From Octopus sinensis (lineage: Eukaryota): a stretch of 64,000 nt of DNA. Under the pieces are notes generated by a model. That model was not told where the DNA came from. It did no database searches and worked only from the letters and a program-made list of their open reading frames with translations. Position numbers and translations under genes: made by a program. Below, one piece after another: positions 51,476-63,372 of this stretch. How positions within the stretch are numbered: position 1 is the stretch's first letter; every line of letters starts with the position of its first letter. The DNA is taken from NCBI RefSeq assembly GCF_006345805.1, contig NC_043021.1:26536001-26600000 (forward strand), read 5' to 3'.

Positions 51476-52099
51476 GTATGTATATATATATGTGTGTGTC
51501 TGCATATAGTTTGTTATTGAATTCTCTGTCAGTTTATTGAAGATTTTAATCTCAATAGCTTTCAGTGTGTTGGAAATGAAAACTATTATTTTTTTTTTGT
51601 CAATTTTTGATGCTGTAAAGTTTATGTTAGAGAACAGCTGTCTGATGTCTTTGAAATTGGTCTGCTTGGAGACGTTAATGTACTTTGTTTTCAATGGAAC
51701 CTGACAGTAAGTTCAAAGATAGAAAAGAAAATAGATTCATAAATCTTTCTTCTTCAATCTAACAATGAACGAGAACTTAAAAGTTGCAGATTTTGCATAA
51801 TTTATGTTCTTTATTTTGGTTGCATAATATCCAAACAGAAAACAAGAAAAGGTAAAACCATTACTTGCAGAATTCAAAGTATAATGGGTGTTGGCATGGT
51901 CATGTGATTAAGAGGTGTGCTTTGCAATCTCATCATCCCTGGTTCAATCCTGCTGTTCAGTACCTAGAGAAAGTATTTTTGGCCATAGACTTTTGTTGAC
52001 CAATGCTTTATGATTGAAATTTCGTAGATGGAAATGTATGTCAAATCTGTTATTTATTATTGGTATAAAACGTCAAACAAAAGTACCTTATGGTATTTA

Positions 52100-52440
52100 C
52101 CGTATTTGATGGCCTATAAGGCGCATGAGTGCATAGGATGCACCCTAGCCTAGGCTATGCTTTTGTAAAATAAAATGTTTTAGTTCCTCCACTTCCCTGT
52201 ATAACTTTATGTTATTATCGGTAATTATAAGCAATTTATTGCATCCACATTCAATATAAACATACCATAGGCATCACCAATAGATGGCAGCACAGATTTT
52301 ATAAACATACATGACCTCTAATGTATAATTTTGGCCAACAGTCACGATTTTTCAGCCTACATTGAGTGCATTGGACACAGGGGGGTTTTTGAAGCCATTT
52401 TTGGGTAAATAATGTGCGTCTTATAGGCCATCAAATACGG
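52100..52440. mobile_element. Tc2-like (Tc1/mariner superfamily) MITE
   Basis: TA|CCGTATTTGATGGCCTATAAGGCGCA...TGCGTCTTATAGGCCATCAAATACGG|TA: 26-bp TIR with 1 mismatch, TA TSD. Confidence 0.88.
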
Positions 52441-52442
52441 TA

Positions 52443-53115
52443 AGTATAGCTGTTGGCAGGATAATGCTCTGGTGTAGCAGGATCTTCATATGGTTGGTCC
52501 CAGATCTTGTTCATTCTTCTGAACACTGCTGCTGCTGCTTATCCAGTCCTGGAGTCAGCATCTGCATCAGTATCTCCCCATTACTCTAGCAATAATGCTG
52601 CCCACATAAGTGAAATTGGTGACATCTTCAACAGGTTTTTGATTCACAGAACTCTGTGACTCTCTCTGCTCCCTGGCCTGCACCACCTTGGCTTTCTTGG
52701 CTGTTCTCTTCAGCCAATCGGGTTGTCATTTGCTGGAGGACTGAATGTGACTCTAGCATGAGTGACATGTCATTGGCATTGTCCTGGTCTGTTCTGTGTC
52801 TGTTTACAGTCCACAGTGCCTCGGTAGTTGATCCATTTATGACCAGAAGAAACAACAGAGGTGGCAAAAGAAACTTGGAAAATGACTGTCAAGATCACTC
52901 TGAGATTTAATGCATTCCGCCAGTGGCAACTGCAGAATACTCCAGATCACTTACTGGGACAGAATTACAAATTCTGAGGTCCTGAGAAGAGCCAATTGGT
53001 GAAACCTGCAGGAGATTGTGGTGGAAAGAAAAGGGAGACTTGCAAGTCATATTTTCCAACTGCCAGAATAACGTGTACCCAAGATAGTTATAGAATGGAT
53101 ACTACCTGAGGAATG
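52443..53115. mobile_element. RTE LINE ORF2 fragment with inverted 5' part (minus 52443-~52862, plus ~52862-53115)
   Basis: Minus strand: PPLLFLLVING...ANDMSLMLES...VEDVTNFTYVGSII...FRRMNKIW...QSIILPTAI. Plus strand: AKETWKMTVKITLRFNAF...RILQITYWDRITNSEVLRRAN...ERKGRLASHIFQL...PKIVIEW. Confidence 0.8.
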
Positions 53116-53164
53116 AAAGTTGGATCCCTCAAGATTGAAGTGAGGAGTGGGGGATAGTTTGTGT

Positions 53165-53370
53165 TGATTTTTTTTCTGTTGTTGTATGATTTCTGAAGTG
53201 ACATTATCTAAACACGACCAGCTAACCTTAATATTATGGACATCAAAAAGTTTGTTGTATATATGGGTATTTGGGGAATGCCGTCTAATTAAGAATTGGA
53301 TGCTTCTAGCTGTGTTTATAGAAATATCTAGAATGCATGAAGGATTGAACCAATTTATGTTTGTCCTTCT
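53165..53370 (-). mobile_element. Penelope-like element ORF fragment (region between RT and GIY-YIG)
   Basis: RRTNINWFNPSCILDISINTARSIQFLIRRHSPNTHIYNKLFDVHNIKVSWSCLDNV matches the PLE pattern IIWFNPP...IGK.FL.LI.KHFP...L.KIFN...KVSYSCM.N. Confidence 0.75.
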
Positions 53371-53387
53371 GATATTTTCCATTTCAG

Positions 53388-53600
53388 TAAGGTGGCATGC
53401 TGACAGAATTATTAGCATGATGGGCAAAATGCTTAGTGGTACTTCATCGATCTTTATGTTCTGAGTTTAAATTCCTCCCATGTTGACTTTGCCTTTCATC
53501 TTTTCAAGGTCAATCAAATAAGTACCAGATGTGCAATTGGGTCAATGCAATCAACTTACCAACTACCTCCCAAATTGCTGGCCTTGTGCCAAAATTTGAA
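53388..53600 (+). mobile_element. SINE family B
   Basis: TAAGGTGGCATGCTGACAGAATTATTAGC...CTGAGTTTAAATTCC...GCTGGCCTTGTGCCAAAATTTGAA. Confidence 0.75.
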
Positions 53601-54369
53601 GCCAGTATTTCATGTTTCAGTGTAAACATGAGATTCTCGCTAAAGCAGCTCCTCGTTAGCAATTCATTACAATGGGATGTGGCCCAGTTGAAGATTATCC
53701 TTATGCTTTGTTTAATTAGAGATTCTTCTGTAGATATGTTACTTAATTTCCAACTTCTTACTTCATAGCCATATTTTTTCCCTCTTTGTCAAGACATCTG
53801 ATGTATTAGACGTACAAATTTACACCAATGAAACTTCAAGTAATGTGGTACTGAGTCAAAATATTAATGCATACGTAACCCCCTCCCCCATTGCACACGT
53901 AGAAGATAAATAATTGTTTTTGAACAAGAAACTGCTGGGTTATTTGTTCTTAGCGGAGTTGAAAAGCCACTTCCTTACCACTCTGCTACCATTGTAACTG
54001 CAGCAGGTCAGTGATTGGTCCATTTTGAACTAACCAATGATGCTTTGTTCACCAAATATGGTCAACAAATGAATAAATAAATAAATGAGTAAATATTCGA
54101 AATACAAAGGAAGAAGTTTTCCTTTTTCGGTCTTTCTTCTTATAAATTGCCAATATTGATTGACGGGGAGGATTAAACATCTACCAGTAATGGATGTATT
54201 TGAAGTGTAAGGATGCACAGACACACACACACACCTGGATCGATTGATGGATGGGTAGCTGGATATGACTTGAGTGTCTTTGTTTGTCAACTGGTTATAT
54301 TGCATTTGAACAGGTGGACATCATCTGGAATCTAGAGTAGAAGCAGGTCACATGACTTCTGTAGCCAGG

Positions 54370-54620
54370 CTTGCTTTGTTTTCACTTTCTTTCTTTTTCT
54401 CTTTCTTTTTCTCCTTTCTTTCTTTCTTTCTTTCTCCTTGGCTTTGTCTTTCTCAAGCTTTCTCTCTCCCTCTCTCTCTCTCTCTCTCCCTACCCTCTCT
54501 CTTTCCTCGGTTTTTGTTTCTTTCTCCTTATCTGTATCCCTCTCTTTCTCTCTCCCTACCTCTCTTCTTGGCTTTGCCCATTCTTTTCGCCTTATCTTTC
54601 TCTCTCTCTCTCTCCCTCTG
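54370..54620. repeat. ~250-bp polypyrimidine/polypurine (CT/TTTC-rich) tract
   Basis: Directly visible; few purines on the plus strand. Confidence 0.85.
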
Positions 54621-54870
54621 AAGCTGACAGGAGAAACTAAGACAAACATTATCAGTGATCCCTTTGTTTAACTATCATCTATATGAAAGTGGGGAGCAAG
54701 ATCAGAGGTGGGTGGGGGTGGGGAATAGATGCCCAGAGCAGGGGTGGGTGGGGGTGGGCATCAATTGATATCTCAGCTCTAGAAATCTATTCAATTCTTC
54801 CAGTTTTCCAGTTGCAAGTAATTTTTTTCCCCTTTTTTACTCCAGTCTAAATTCTCAAAATACTCAACGC

Positions 54871-54945
54871 CTGCTCTCACTGGCACCATCTGCCCTCACT
54901 GGCACCATCTGCCCTCACTGGCACCATCTGCTCTCACTGGCACCA
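54871..54945. repeat. 19-bp minisatellite, ~4 copies
   Basis: CTGC(C/T)CTCACTGGCACCAT repeated. Confidence 0.9.
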
Positions 54946-55254
54946 GGTCTTATGTAATAACTTTATGACATGCATTAAAATAACCATCTCTGTCTTCCCA
55001 ATGTGATGAAGATTTATAAATCTGATTAAATGTTTCAAGACAAATGTGTTTCTGTGGCGGCAAAGTGGGACATTTGTATCTATGATTCCCTCATTGCATA
55101 TTCTCATGTTTGCTTGAGTTAATCCTCAAGTGTACTTTTCCTTTCTATTGTTACTAAGACTGCTGGTCTGCAATATCTGTTTGCCGACTGTTTTACGTGG
55201 ATCTGGTTTTCTCTCCTTACCTACCTACCTACCTACCTATCTATTTCTTTACTA

Positions 55255-55570
55255 CCCACAAGGGGCTAAACACAGAGAGGACAAACAAGGACAAAGGAAT
55301 CAAGTCGATTACATCGACCCCAGTGTGTAACTGGTACTTAATTTATCGACCCTGAAAGGATGAAAGGCAAAGTTAATCTCGGCGGAATTTGAACCCAGAA
55401 TGTAATGCCAGACGAAATACGACTATGCATTTCGCTCGGCATGCTAACAATTCTGCCAGCTCACTGCCTTACCTACCTACCTACCTACCTACCTACCTAC
55501 CTACCTACCTACCTACCTACCTACCCACCTGCCTACCCACCTACCTACCTACCTACCTACCTACCTACCC
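55255..55570 (-). mobile_element. SINE family B (55255-55470) flanked by (CCTA)n tracts
   Basis: Near full-length CpG-retaining copy. (CCTA)n at ~55218-55240 and 55470-55570. Confidence 0.85.
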
Positions 55571-55797
55571 ACCCCTCCGCCATCAGTGTGTAGATCAAGA
55601 GCAATGACCTGCTAATGAAATGATATGAATAGACACATTATCAATCACTTCTGATGTGTGTGTTGGTGTGGGTGTGTGTGTGTTGGTGTGGGTGTGTGTG
55701 TGTTGGTGTGTGTGTGTTGGTGTGGGTGTGTGTGTTGGCAACTCAATGGTGTTGTTATTAACATTATTGATCACACAGTCATAAGTTGAAACTTTAA

Positions 55798-56384
55798 CCC
55801 TTCAGCTTATTCAAACTGGCCATATCCAGCCTAGATATTCTTCCTGTCTTATTTGATCATGCAATTGGATCCAGCCTCTCACACCTACCCTGCAATGTCT
55901 TTCTTAAAATAAGAAATCACATCATCAAAATCTCAAACCTACAAGATAATGCATGATTAATTGGAAACAATGTGAACAAGAGCACTCAGAGAGCGCAAAC
56001 CTCCACCAAGGCGACACCATCGTCCTCTCAACGATTAGCCAGAGATGATTTTTAAAATGAGAATATCTGAAATAAACTCGATTGCTCTCACAAATGAGAA
56101 TACTAAAAATAAACCCAACCACCCTCAAAAATTAAATAAAAAAACAGGAAAAATAATCCAGAATCCTTGTCTGGTACCAGATCGATCCCAAAATCTAATC
56201 AATTCATGCTAGTCACGAGACCAAACATCTCTGAAAGTTTCATCCGAATCCATCCAGTGGTTCTTGAAATATCTTGTCCACAGACAAACAAACAAACACC
56301 ACTGAAAACAATACCTCTGCCTTCGCTAAGGCAGAGGTAATCAATAAAGATTACATTTGACAGAGGAATCTGAATGCTAAATGG
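55798..56384. mobile_element. piggyBac-like TTAA MITE split by a nested insertion
   Basis: TTAA|CCCTTCAGC...AACAATGTG [insert] CAATAAAGATTACATTTGACAGAG...AATGCTAAATGG; collinear with 23579-23805. Confidence 0.55.
55975..56340 (+). mobile_element. Non-autonomous Helentron/HINE-like element
   Basis: 5' subterminal ACCTCCACCAAGG, internal (AAAC)n, and a 3' perfect hairpin ACCTCTGCCTT-CGCT-AAGGCAGAGGT (56313-56338) whose 3' arm is inverted to the 5' motif. Family assignment is by architecture only. Confidence 0.55.
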
Positions 56385-57107
56385 ATAATCTGTCCTTTTT
56401 TGTTCTCGTGGAAAGGGAATATATGTTGATTGGTCCCCTCCCTATGTCCTGGACTGTAACAAGGATGCAAAAATATTTACCTGTGGCTGGTGAAAGATGA
56501 GCTTGATGTAGCTGATGAGTATGAGGTAGAGGTGGAAGTAGTCACTTGTGAATATGTTCGGTGGCGCTATGTTGCTCCACTGGCCTTTAACTCCTTATTC
56601 GTAGCAGACTGAAGATTTTCAGTGCACCTCCTTAATTACACATTTTGTTTTCTTGATCAGGAATGTCGTTTTGAGCTTCTCAGGTGCTATCTTTATATTC
56701 TTCAGGGAATATTAAAGGAACCATTTCTTCATCTTGAACTGCATATTCTCAGTTTTTAGATGGCACTCACTCATCATCATCACCATCGTTATTATCATCA
56801 TGCTGCTGTCCATGTTCCGTGCTGGGTTGGAGAGTTTGACAGGACTGGATGTATCCAAGGATCGCAATGAGTTCCAGTGTCTGATTTTACTGCCGGATAC
56901 CCTTCCTAACACCAACTACCATACAGAATGGATGGGGTGCTTTCTTCATGCAACCCGCATGACTGAATTTTCCTTTTATTCCTTGGCTGGAAATATTTCC
57001 CAATCCTTATTCAAACCTCGATCAAACATCTGGACATGGATCTCAATGTGCTTCAAGAGCACACAACTCAGATTTCAACCCCACCTACATTATATATATA
57101 TATTATA

Positions 57108-57490
57108 GGTGCAGGAGTGGCTGTGTGGTAAGTAGCTTGCTAACCAACCACATCGTTCTGGGTTCAGTCCTACTGCATGGCATCTTGGGCGAGTGTCTTC
57201 TACTATAGCTTCAGTGCAACCAAAGCCTTGTGAGTGGATTTGGTAGACGGAAACTGAAAGAAGCCCGACATGTATATATATGTGTGTGTCTGTGCTTGTC
57301 TCCCCACCATCACTTGACAACCAATGCTGGTGTGTTTACGTCCCCGTAACTTAGTGGTTTGGCAAAAGAGCATTATAGAATAAGGACTAGGCTTACAAAG
57401 AATAAGTCCTGGGGTCGATTTGCTTAACTAAAGGTGGTGCTCCAGCATGGCTGCAGTCAAATGACTGAAACAAGTAAAAGAATAAAAGAA
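57108..57490 (+). mobile_element. SINE family A, full length
   Basis: GGTGCAGGAGTGGCTGTGTGGTAAGTAGC (A-box-like)...GGGTTCAGTCC (B-box-like)...module 2. Confidence 0.9.
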
Positions 57491-57701
57491 TAGTCATGGG
57501 GCGGTTTTCTCCCCCTGTCAGTATATTTATATATTTGCACTCTTCTTACAGCATTAAGAGTATTTTAACTCTTATTTCTAGCAATGTAGGTGCTTTGACA
57601 CCTTTAGTCACACTTAGTGATGATTGAATTTTTCTTTTATGGTATCACATTGTACCTATCAATTTTTAGGATATGCCTTAACATTTTGCTAAATCATCCA
57701 C

Positions 57702-57732
<31 letters not shown>

Positions 57733-57846
57733 ATATATATGTATATGTATATATATATAGTTAATCCAAACGTGAAAACACAACGTGAGGACGTGGAACA
57801 AGTATAGTGTTATTGGACGCTCAGGAAAGGAAAGAAAGAAGGAGGA

Positions 57847-57879
57847 TTTAACATTTTGAGCAGAGCTCTTCATCAGAAA
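57847..57879 (-). ncRNA. Decayed hammerhead-like motif in a Penelope-type repeat (~57762-58000)
   Basis: TTT-CTGATGA-A-GAGC(TCT)GCTC-AAAAT-GTT-AAA: canonical CUGAUGA and stem II. GAAAC is altered by two transitions at CpG positions. Confidence 0.5.
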
Positions 57880-58313
57880 CATAGAAAACGGAAAGATCCA
57901 AAGAAGGGAAGACGCAGAAAGAAAATCGCCAACGTTCCACGCGGTCACATTTTGAATGACCCGAAGGGAATGGGTTGATAAATTCACCTTCCAAGTCTAT
58001 CCAATGTTTACAGTTGTCACCCAACCTCCCTCCCCTCATCCCTCACTCTCCTACTCACTCTTGGAACCTTCTCTCACCCACACTCCTTGTTCCTTCCCCA
58101 TTCACTTCTATTCATGGCATGCTAAAAAATCCTTCAATGTATTCTCTAGAGTGGTTCACATTAGGAAGGGCGTCCAGCTGCAGATACTATGCTAGAGCAG
58201 ACACTGGCGCATGATGCGGTCGTTGGCGCCACCACATTTTGCCAAATCATCTAATGCATGTCAGCAGAACATGGATGATAAGTGATGATGATACTCACAC
58301 ACACACACACACA

Positions 58314-58512
58314 CCATATTTATTTGATGGCATAAAAGACACATGGGCATATTAGATGTACCCTAATTTCAGCAGTGCAGATTCAGGGGAAAAATTGTTT
58401 TTAGTCCATTGAAGCATGTAATATGGCTCCAACTTGCATATGTGACCCCTAGGGGATGTTTTGAGATGTGTTTTTGGGAAAAAAAGTGCATCTTATACAC
58501 CATGAAATGCAG
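58314..58512. mobile_element. Decayed Tc2-like MITE
   Basis: Ends CCATATTT...ATGGCATAAAAGACAC and GTGCATCTTATACACCATGAAATGCAG|TA resemble the TIR at 52100. Confidence 0.45.
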
Positions 58513-58617
58513 TATCTAATATAGTGAAAATTTACGAAAAAAAAAACAACAAAAGCTGAAGACGGGTGTGTAAACAACAAACAGATGCATTAGTTTAATG
58601 CTTGGGAAGTAAGAAAG

Positions 58618-58655
58618 TCTTTTACGTTTCGAGCCTACGCTCTTCAGCAGAAATA
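58618..58655 (-). ncRNA. Hammerhead-like motif with non-canonical core (CUGCUGA) in a Penelope-type repeat (~58545-58715)
   Basis: TATTT-CTGCTGA-A-GAGC(GTAG)GCTC-GAAAC-GTA-AAAGA; same family as 45559-45596. Confidence 0.5.
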
Positions 58656-58721
58656 AACAGAGAGAGAAAATAAAGAAAAGGTTTAGTGGCTAGCGATCTA
58701 TCATGGTGAATATGAGATAGG

Positions 58722-59140
58722 TGCAGGCAAGGCTGTGTGGTGAGGAGCTTACTTCCGAACCACATGGATCCAGGTTCAGTCCCACTGCATGACACCTTGG
58801 GCAAGTGTCTTCTACTTTAGTTTCAGGCCAACCAAAGCCTTGTGAGTGGATTTGGTAGACAGAAACTGAAAGTAACCCGTCATATATATATATATATATA
58901 TATGTATCTATGTATGTGTGTGTGTGTGTGTGTGTGTGTGCGTCTGTGTTTGTTCCTCTGACCATTGCTTGACAACTGATGTTGGTGTGTTTATGTCCCT
59001 GTAATGTAGCGGTTTGGCAAAAGAGACTGATGGAATAAGTACAAGGCTTACAAAGAATAAGTCCTGGGGTTGGTCTGACTAAAGGTGGTGCTCCAGTATG
59101 GCCGCAGTCAGAGACTGAAACAAGTAAAAAAATAAAAGAA
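58722..59140 (+). mobile_element. SINE family A, full length
   Basis: GGTGCAGGCAAGGCTGTGTGG...CAGGTTCAGTCCCACTGC...(TA)(TG)n...GCCGCAGTCAGAGACTGAAACAAGTAAAA. Confidence 0.88.
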
Positions 59141-60231
59141 TGTGTGTCTATATATATGTATATATATTATATTATTTTTTATTATGAAAATTGTAATTTA
59201 TATTTTAATTTAAAACAAAAATTAATGCCTTGGTAAAAAATAGTGAATTGTGTGGAATAATGAAATAACAGTGATCTGTGATGGGTTGATGTTGGCGTAA
59301 GGTCAGAAGTCCTGTAGTTTCTGATCCGGTTGTCTGACATTGTTCTGAAATGCTGTGTTTTTTTGCTAATTATTCGTTACTGTCAGTATTTTAAAGGTCA
59401 GCTAGCATGTAATATTGCTGAATAGGTAGGGTGCTGGTTTGGCTTTCACTCTAGGCTTCTGTTTTATGGGTTTTTTTGTTTGTTTTGGTTTTGTTTTTAA
59501 ACTAGGCACCTATTAGCAGCCATCTGCGTTCTCTTGCCAGTCTCTGCCTGTGCACTTAAAACCAGACATTTTTACTAAACCTTCTCTATTTTACTTTTCC
59601 TTTTTTCTCTTATAAATTTGTTTTAGAAGGTAAGTGTGTGCCTTTTTGCCAGTTGCTTTATCCATTTTCTTTGGGTATTTCAGTTAAACAACTCCAAAAA
59701 AGAGAGAGAAAAAAAAAAAAAACAGAATGAATGAAAGAAAGTAAGAAATGAAAAATTGCTGTGGAATTATGGAATTATCATTAATTAACTATTATTGGTA
59801 TTATTAAATAATTTAATTTTGGAGAAAATAAAATTTAAAAAATAAAAGAAAATCAAGGAGGCTCGGGGAGTGTTTTTGCTTGCGTATGATCTGTCTGTGT
59901 GGCTGGGAGGAGAAACCTTTACTGAAATATATAGATCATGCATATATATATATATATATATACATACACACACTCTCTCATACACGTATATTAATATATA
60001 TACACACACACACACACACATGTATGTAATATATATGTATGATGTAGATGTTTGCTTTTATGTCAAGTTATGTATGTATAAAACCATTTTAACTTTAAAC
60101 TTGAAGGATTCCATATTTATTAACTTTGACAAGGGAAAAGTTGACAGTGACTTTGAAGTTTTGGTGATGAAGACGAGCAAGTTGAAACTTGTAGGTCATT
60201 GCCAACCCTTTACTTGTAAAAGTTAATGTAC

Positions 60232-60321
<90 letters not shown>

Positions 60322-60391
60322 ATGTATATGCATGTATACATATGTATGTATGAGTATATATAAATATATATATATATCAATACACACACAT

Positions 60392-60434
<43 letters not shown>

Positions 60435-61144
60435 TATGTGTGTGTGTGTGTAGTCATAAAATTTTCCCATGCAAAATAAACTTGTGCTCCCCCCCTCCAT
60501 CCCAACAGTTATTATTGTGTTTGCCAGAGAACACAGCACCACCGTTATATCTAATATAATCCATTTATTCACATGTGTCATTAGTCAGATTTGTCATTAA
60601 TCACATGTTGATTTAGAGTTAATTGTTATGAATTTTAGTTGATCAATTCTCAGTTTTCGACCATTTTTTTTTTGCTTCCACAATTCTTTGATTGAAGACA
60701 CCACCCCATGAAATGTATCCCTGGTGCCGTGAAACAGCAACAGTGCATTTACATTGTCTCTTGACCCACTAGAAATAGCAGCCAAAACTCTTTCATATCA
60801 CATGCCACTTTTTTTGTGTTTTTAGAAACTCTGGGAGATCCTATTGGGTGTAAGCATAGGGTAGGGGTGGGGGATACAAATAGAAAAAGAAAAGGAGTTC
60901 CATGGATGGAATGTCTTTGTTCATAGTTCCTGTCTGTCAAGGTTGGTTTGGAACTACTGTATTTTCTGGCATACAAGTCAACACAGTATATGGGGTAGAC
61001 ATTCAAACACCATCATCATATTTTCAATTCCTTCTGAATTTCACATGGAATTTTTCGATCCTCCAAAGTTGTCCTGGTGTAAAAAGTCAACCGAAATGTT
61101 TTTCAGTTCTAGGAATAAGAACCGAGGTTCGAAATTTCCCCCAA

Positions 61145-61190
61145 GACACCTGATGAAGACTGGAGGATATATTAGCTGAAACGTTGTGTT
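61145..61190 (+). ncRNA. Minimal type I hammerhead-like motif (second copy of the 35441 family; host repeat ~61105-61240)
   Basis: GACAC-CTGATGA-A-GACTG...TAGCT-GAAAC-GTT-GTGTT: core intact, stem I intact, stem II weakened. Predicted cleavage after 61185. Confidence 0.6.
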
Positions 61191-63117
61191 AACAACAAAC
61201 ATGATGAGGACAAGTCAATGGTAAATAATGTAAATAATCTAAATGTTTTTGGCTATAAATTTTGGTCTGGAGAATTTGACTTGTATGCCAGAAAATGCGG
61301 TGGGCAGCAGCAATTTCTAGCGCTGAAACTTAGCAAATAACAATTAGTCTTTGATTGTCAAGTTGTAATATTTTATTTATTATGGTTTAATCATTAGAAT
61401 TATCGGAAAAAATAACTTTCACCAATATTTGTTCCAGTTCTTTACATTCCTTCATAAATTCCGCTTATTCTGTAGATTTTTGCATTCTGATTCATTTTTA
61501 TATATTTAATCATTTCTGGTAGGATGGCTTTGGTTTTGTCATAAAAAATTCTATGATTTTGGTTTTAAATTCTTCACTTCTCAATCAGTTCTGAAAATTT
61601 CCTTTGTCCATTCCTCTTTTGTTCAGGTTTTTGATGTTGAAGGGTGTCTTCTTGCCATTGTCTTTACATGACAATTTGTTGTCCATTTTTTAACTTCATT
61701 ATCATCATCATTTAACATTCTCCATGCTGGCATGGGTTGGATGCTTTGATGGGAGCTGGCAAATATGGAAACTGTGCAAAGCTCCGTTGTATGTTTTGGT
61801 ATGGTTTCAATGGCCAGATACCTTTCCTAACACCAAACACTTTACAGAATGTCTGCTGGGTGCTTTTTTTACATGGCACCTGTAGCAGGGAGGTCACCAA
61901 AGAACTTATAAGACGAGAACCCTCGATTGAGTGGGGAGTGAAGGAGGTGGCCTTTATGTTAGAGCTAGAACCTGAATAGAAGAACAGAAGTGTCTTGCAG
62001 TGGATGGGATGATGGCTACCTCAGTTGGAGAGAGAGAGGGAGAGATAGGAGAGGGATAAAATGGTGAGGAGATGATGGAGTGTACACTCAGGTTACAGAT
62101 ATGTATAGTGAATGGGACCAATATTTTCCCAAACCCTTTTGTCACCATATTTTTGTTGAAATACACTGTCTTTATTTCAAGTAATTTTTTAATTAATGAA
62201 GAATTTAGTAAAATAACTTTGTCGTTATTAATCTGGTGTTTGGAACATAAATTAACAGGAAATTTTGGTGAAAGGTTTTAATTTAGATAATTTTTAATCC
62301 TTTGGTGTTCAGATTACTCTGTTAAACGTAATACTTTTTCACTCAAATTGTTTTGAATTTATCATGCATTATCTTCGAGGTTTCAATGACATGATTGTTT
62401 ATTTTTAGAATGTCATTGTAGGTTAGGTGTGAGAGGCTAGATATGGCCTGTTTGAATATAAAATGTGTAGAATATTTCGGCTGGTTATGGCTGGTTTAAA
62501 CACTAAAGTGTTAAGACAGGAATTTTGTATGATAGGAGTCTCAGGCAGATTAGTACCAAAAGGATTAAATATTTTCCATTATTATTTCTCCATGTTCCTC
62601 TTTTACTTCAATATTTCTTCTATTTTGGTGTTTTTGAAGATAGAAAAACTGGTTTTTTTTTTGTTTACACATAGCTATTTATATTATTTGATTTTTATTC
62701 TTTATTAGATATTTTAGCAGGCCTACAGTATGTATAGACATAATAATCTTCTAATTACAGAATGGTTGTTCCTCTCAGTATTAGATGCCAATGTATTATT
62801 CTAAATGGAATCCTGATGTTTCTTCTTTTCCTCTCTTTGTTTTGCTAATTCATTTGACTTCCATATAAGTTTAACTTATTACTTAACGAACTAAACCATT
62901 GATATTATTACCTTATTGTTGACATTTAATTCGATTATAATTATCAATCTAATGCATCTATGATATTCCTCTATAAACTGTTCTTTCATTTGTGTGTGTG
63001 TCTTCCTGTGTCTAGTTCTAGAATTCCTAAGTATATCTACCTCTCATCTCATTCTCTCTGTTTCTTTATCTAACTCACATTTTGTTTTATTCATTTTCCT
63101 TTATGTTAACCTTTTTG

Positions 63118-63372
63118 TGTGGAGGCACATGGCTTAGTGGTTAGGGTATTTGGCATCATGATTGTAAGATTGTGGTTTCGATTCTTGGACTGGGCGACGC
63201 ATTGTGTTCTTGAGCAAAACACTTCATCTCACGTTGCTCCAGTCCACTCAGCTGTCAAAAATGAGTAACGCTGCAATGGACTGGCGTCCCGTCCAGCTGG
63301 GGAACACATATGCCATAGAAATCGGGAAACCGGGCCCATGAGCCTGGCTCGGCTTTAAAAGGGTGCATTTAT
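63118..63372 (+). mobile_element. SINE family C, full length, tail variant 2
   Basis: TGGAGGCACATGGCTTAGTGGTTAGGG...GGTTTCGATTC...GTGTTCTTGAGCAAAACACTT...GGCTTTAAAAGGGTGCATTT. Confidence 0.9.

Noticed and set aside
44957-51706. Candidate exons 44957-45064 (IPLKLIDLIKLALISHQ...) and 51631-51706 (EQLSDVFEIGLLGDVNVLCFQWNLT, GTAAGT donor), plus others at ~10130-10174, ~22369 and ~33691-33758
   Set aside because: The phases do not chain into one ORF (joining 45064 to 51631 creates TGA), and no peptide is recognisable.
61400-61690. Possible very old RTE linker fragment on the minus strand (...EFMKECKELEQIL)
   Set aside because: Too many stops and frameshifts to support by eye. The same applies to a possible RT remnant at ~10440-10640.
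63118-63200. tRNA-like heads here and at 14208, 31244, 35301 and 57108
   Set aside because: They continue into repeated SINE bodies and lack a complete cloverleaf, so they are not tRNA genes.
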